DNA from: Cirrosporium novae-zelandiae
Taxonomy: Eukaryota
NCBI GenBank assembly: GCA_026023565.1
Contig: JAPETS010000020.1
Span: 434,001 to 498,000, forward strand
DNA: 64,000 nt
Reading direction: 5' to 3'
The stretch's first letter is position 1; each line of letters starts with the position of its first letter. Both the position numbers and the translations under genes were made by a program. Shown piece after piece: positions 59,064 through 64,000 of the stretch. The notes beneath the pieces were generated by a model. It worked only from the letters and a program-made list of their open reading frames with translations, was not told the origin of the DNA and did no database searches.

Positions 59064-62000
59064 ATGGCAGAGGTACTCTCAGTAGACCTGGTGGGGTGGG
59101 GTGGAATGACAAAATACTGGTGGCAATGGGTTCGTTCATAGTCCTGATATATGGGAGATATTTCGCTAGCTAACATGCGATTACAATAGATACTCATCGT
59201 ACTTGCCATTCTTACTATCGCCTTAGGTTCTTCATATATCATTTACCTCATTATTAAACAGTTGATACACTACCTGAAGGTAGGTTTTGTTCATTTGGTT
59301 TAATATAATTATGGCTTTCCCAGGCGCTTCTGACAACTCATTGCAAATAGAGAGCACCTCCAGAAATAAAAACCCCCTCTGCTATCCAAAACCTCTTCGC
59401 AACTCTCTCAAATACATTTCCCCCACTAGTCAGTGAAAAGGGCAGCAAGAATCGGCCAACAAAGTTTGGGGTATACCTTGGAGCATTTACAAATCCACAA
59501 ACGGAACAAGAGTTGCAGCTGCTCTCCCGATGGGACTTGCTTATACTAGACCCTTTCCAATCAGGGATTCAAAATGCGCTATCATCCTCGCAATTATTTG
59601 GACACCAGAATTTTGTTGCAAGGCTGGATTTCGACAAGCTTATCGATAAGACGGCTGCGGACAGCCTGAAAACGTTATCCGAGGCCTTAAGTAAACTTGC
59701 AGAGAATATTCGGCTACACTGCTATAAATCAGAAGCGCAAGCCCCTATTTTCAATGGGCTATTATTGGCTAGATGGGAGGAACGTCTGTCAGGGCCTGTT
59801 TTCAGAGACCTTGTCGACTTTTTGGCCGGCCTTGGATTTCAAATTTACGTGGAAGCCTCGCCTCCCCAATTCCTTGACGATTCTAGCATCCTGCAACTGT
59901 CAAGCATATCTGGGGTGATTGTGAGAAATGCCACAATTCTCCAAAATGGCGAGAGGAGAGATTATTTTCAGATGGAAAAGATGAAGCCTACACTCAAAGC
60001 TTTTGTGGCCGAATCTTGTATGCGCGATTTTCTGGTCATGATGTGGGAGACGGTCGATGACGACGTTCAGATCTCTAACGCTGTAGCGCGACGGAGCTTC
60101 AGATGGAGCAGCTTTTATAATGCCATTACATTCATATGTTCGGCTTCTAGCTTAGTTGATTCTCAATTGAGTACCGACTGTCATGAACCGCTTGGGGCCT
60201 TCGACTGGCTGAAAGAAGCCACTGTCATGAAAATTCACAAGATCTGGAGAGCTAATACTGGGTTAACAGCCAATGCAAAATCGGATTTATCGGCTTGCAA
60301 GGCGTTAGAAACAATGATACCCAGTATGGGCGCTCTGAGTTCTTCTACAACTATTGCCGAAAAAGAGAAAATCTACTGTCCTAATACCCTGCCAAGTCTC
60401 CCCGAACGGCTCATCCACTCCCGACGAGTCAGAGGGAATCCATTATCTTATGGTCCATCTGGAAAGCCTTACAACTGTTTGGGATGCTTTCCTCTTGGTA
60501 CTCATGCCAACAGCTCTACATTTTCGGAAATCTTACTTACTCAAGAACGTCTCCGATCGAAGGGTCTTCTAGACAAGCTTTCCTCATCCAAACTTCAGCG
60601 ACTGGGGATACTTCTTAGAGAATTCCACGACCACTTATTAGTGACACAGTGGTCACATTCATTTCCAATCCTCCAAGCTTTAAGGCAACTCTCGGAAGGA
60701 CTTAACAAGGATAGTGCTGAGGCGGGCTCTGTTCAGATATATGTCGGCATTGATTCCGGGTTCCAGAAGAAATCCGATTCCCGCTTCTGGGGTGTATATC
60801 GCTCAGACACTTTCTCTGGCATGGATCTTTACATTTCGAAGAATGCCCAGGATCAAGCAAGCACTGTCCTTCATACGTGGCTATCAAGCCAGGGCTGTCC
60901 AAGGAATCAGTGTTATTTGGCAGAACTAGCTTTGTCGGACTGGTCACAAAAGTCTGGTCGCTTCAGACTACCAGAAAGGCTCTGCCAAGATATTGAATTG
61001 CTAAACCCTTCCGAATGTATTTCCTTCTTTCGACATCTAAAACTTTCGGAATGTGAGGTAGACCCTCTTTTAGGTCAAATTCAGTCTCTATGCAGATTTC
61101 AACTCATGGACCGTCCATCTCTTGCACAAATGAAGGAGCAAAATACCATTGCTTATTTGGATGGTTCTGTAACAGTACAAGATCTCCTAGAAGCTCGATT
61201 AAAGTGGTATCGTGAATATGGTTGTAGATGCCCTGAATTATCTGCAGCCGTGACCTTCTTTTTAGATGTTGACGCCCAGTTAATAGCGTTCCTAAAGAAC
61301 CGAGACGAGGATAGTATTAATCAATTCACTACAATTCTCAATGGAATGATCAAGGACGACCAGATCGACATATTTGGGGACCTATTCGCTCTCTCGTTAT
61401 TTTGCGCCGCCCGAAAAGCCGCCTTTGATGAAGTTTATTTAGAAGTTACTGATCGCAACCCATTATTCAACCAGTATTCTGACCAAGCAGCAGTATTTGC
61501 TGAATGCTTTGCCCTTGGTTCCCAATGCGAAGCCTACTTTGACGTATCCCCGAGTGCCTTCGGAAAACTACTTTCTGATAAATTCAGGAAATATTATCTT
61601 CGAAAAGAAAACCAGCCCCCCCTTTGGCTCGATGGTGCACCGTCTTTTGCTACCGCATATGGCGCAGCTGAACTTGACATTGACCCCAATGCAAAACCCC
61701 ACAAAATGAATGAAGCCACCCAATTCACTTTCCTTAGTGTATTTGCCATTCCTGCCCTGGTCGATATCATGATGTTGGTCTTCACGGGGCGCGGTCTCTA
61801 TCTAAGTGCCTTCATGAGCATTGCGGAAAGGCAGAGTGCAACTGTGGCCTTGATGATATCCCTCCTGTTATCTGGTGCCATAGGGACATGGATTACTTGC
61901 GGTAGCACATACTACCTTGTGTCAATGGCTTTTACTGCTATGAATATGTTTATATATATTCGTCTGATTGCAGGACTGGCATTTACTCTGATAGTTGGCC

Positions 62001-64000
62001 TTTTATGCTTAGCTATAGATGGGGCCTCACGTGATTTTGCTGCCGGAATTGTCTTCTTCCTCTACCTCTTCGCGCTCACAGCTTACTTTACGATATTGGC
62101 TGGCCTTGCTGGCCTGCAATTTCCAGGTTCAGCTTTCAACTCAGTAAGATTCTATTTCCATGCTCTTATGTGTCATAAAATTGCTAACCTCTTTCCCAGG
62201 GGAGAAAAATAATCTTGTTCTCCATACCCATTCTTTTCATTTCCCCCATCGTTACCATGTGGGTACGTAATCACGATACATTGATATATCTTGGGGTCAT
62301 CTATGCGTTCATTACAATCTTACTCTTTGGATTGAGACGCTGCACCACAAAATGGGCGACTTGGTTTCATAAAATCGTATTCACGAATGATGCAGAACTC
62401 AAGGACTGGTATCTCAAAACCAAAGCCGGTGGCGATGAGACAGCGCTGCCAAAGAACGAGCCAGCGGCACTGAAGCTGGCGAGAAAAGCGCTACTTATCG
62501 ATGTTCTTGCCGAAACCAAAAAAGGGCCATTCTCTAAAAAGACCAATGATGAGTTCGTTCGAAAGCTTGCGGCGAGCTGGGAGGCGACACACTTTCTTAT
62601 GGATTGGTATTGTCCGTATTCTGATACTGCCAAGCCTATCCCTTTCAGTTCATCGTGGAATGCAACCACCAAGGGCTCTGTCAACGTACTCAAACAGACG
62701 CAGAAAGGCATTCGCTTACATAGCGCCTTCGTTTTATGGCATCAAGCTGGCGACGAGATTGGCTGTGGTGTGCTGTACTTCTTGGTTGCGCTCCTCGATA
62801 AATGGACTGGGCTAGCTGCCAACAATCCGCTTCTCGGTCTTGCTTCTGGTGCTGTTCAATCCTACCGGATAGCTGTTGGACTAGGATTAGCTTATTACCT
62901 AATAGGTGCCGTGATTCTAGATACTCAGGCACAGAAACTCCATGTTTTGGCAGCAAAAACCAACGTATCCCCAGTAGCGACAGCACCCGACGTCCGACAA
63001 GCTCAAAGAGACCACGCACGAATGAGGAATCAACTTTACTGGAAAACATTGATGCATTTCTGCTTCTGGCATGTGTGGAGTTTGGCAATAACCGCATCTT
63101 TGGTTTGGACATTCCAAGATAGCAGGGACAACACCTTAATGTTCATACTCTATGTTTTTGCTTATACTGGTCTGCTATGGTATCAATATACCAAGATCTT
63201 TACGTCACGTGCACTTCTACCGCTTTCAATCGCAGTTTTGATTGCCCTACCTGGAGGAATCATCGCTAAAAAACTTCAGCCTGGATTTATTTATACTGAC
63301 GTTCTTGCGCTTGCAATTGCAACCTGGACTGCCGCCATAGGAACGCTTCTGAGAACTGATATTCGGCCTCCCAAGTATGTTGACATGTCGCCAACGGAAC
63401 TTGACGAATCCTATCATGCTTACAGTGAACCATGGGAAGATGAAGATTGGTCACAACAAGAGCTAAAGTCTTTATTTGATAGTCTAGCAGCCCTGCCGGT
63501 CGATGACTGTTTCAAACTGGAACCTGAAATACATCCTGGATCCGTTGTGCAAACCACACTTCTAAACTACCTCACAAAATTCGGAGACCCGGCGATCAAG
63601 AAAGCTTTCCCCGCAGCTCCTCAATGCGTGGAGCGTTGCATCCAAGATTGGAGAGTTGGGCACATCGGATTATTTTTGATTCCTCGACGGGCCCTTGCTG
63701 GGTTTAGTCAAGGCATTCGAGCTATTAGCCGTACAAATCCTGATGGGACAATACAAATAATGATTGGGGTTGGGAGAGAGGGCGAGGGAGACAGGGCTAT
63801 TGACATCAACCGGTTCTGCTTCGACGCAGCACAGATAGCGCTTCACGCCGTTTCCGAGACTATTTATAGCCTACCCCATAACCACTCTTACTTGATGGAG
63901 TCCCTTCTCACCCCTCTTACAGAAGACCCGGTGGAGTTTTTGTATGAAGACTACAACCGTCCTCTATTGTCTGGTTCAAATTTTTCGGGTAAGTATCCAA
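59064..64000 (+). CDS. gtb3: Large multi-TM GAG synthase (Gtb3-like glycosyltransferase), 3' end outside the window
   Basis: Two short 5' exons splice into the 899-aa ORF, followed by intron 62144-62199 and a frame open to the window end. Motifs FGVYLG, RRDYFQM, FDEVYLEVTDRNP and FLSVFAIPALVDI. Divergent from agd3 as in the known GAG cluster. The GT domain itself is not in the window. Confidence 0.8.

Noticed and set aside
1..64000. Starship or other giant mobile element
   Set aside because: Some genes resemble typical cargo, but no tyrosine-recombinase captain or element boundary is visible in this window.

Overview
This is intron-containing DNA from a filamentous ascomycete fungus (GT..AG introns with CTRAC/CTAAC branch points). 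I can support 22 protein-coding genes and one pseudogene; I found no CRISPR, rRNA, tRNA or intact transposon. The left part (0-22 kb) looks accessory and defence-related: a SURNod19-like secreted protein, a Cys-rich single-pass membrane protein, and a compact block of CorA-like protein, MFS transporter, AsaB/CmcJ-like oxidoreductase, hydrolase-NB-ARC-TPR NLR and amidase, followed by an intronless QDE-1-type RNA-dependent RNA polymerase. The middle (23-42 kb) holds a small Cys/His protein, ABC-F ATPase, RTA1, FAD monooxygenase, a metallophosphoesterase with two substituted motif residues, a nucleotidyltransferase-fold-like protein, a Tc1-type HTH-only gene, a fungal TF-like gene, ureG, and a decayed NACHT relic that appears only as fragments in the ORF track. 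The right part (42-64 kb) is the five-gene galactosaminogalactan (GAG) exopolysaccharide cluster uge3-sph3-ega3-agd3-gtb3, split by a ~7.4 kb spacer, with gtb3 running off the window. Family calls come from motif recognition by eye and exon boundaries were read manually; no database searches were run.
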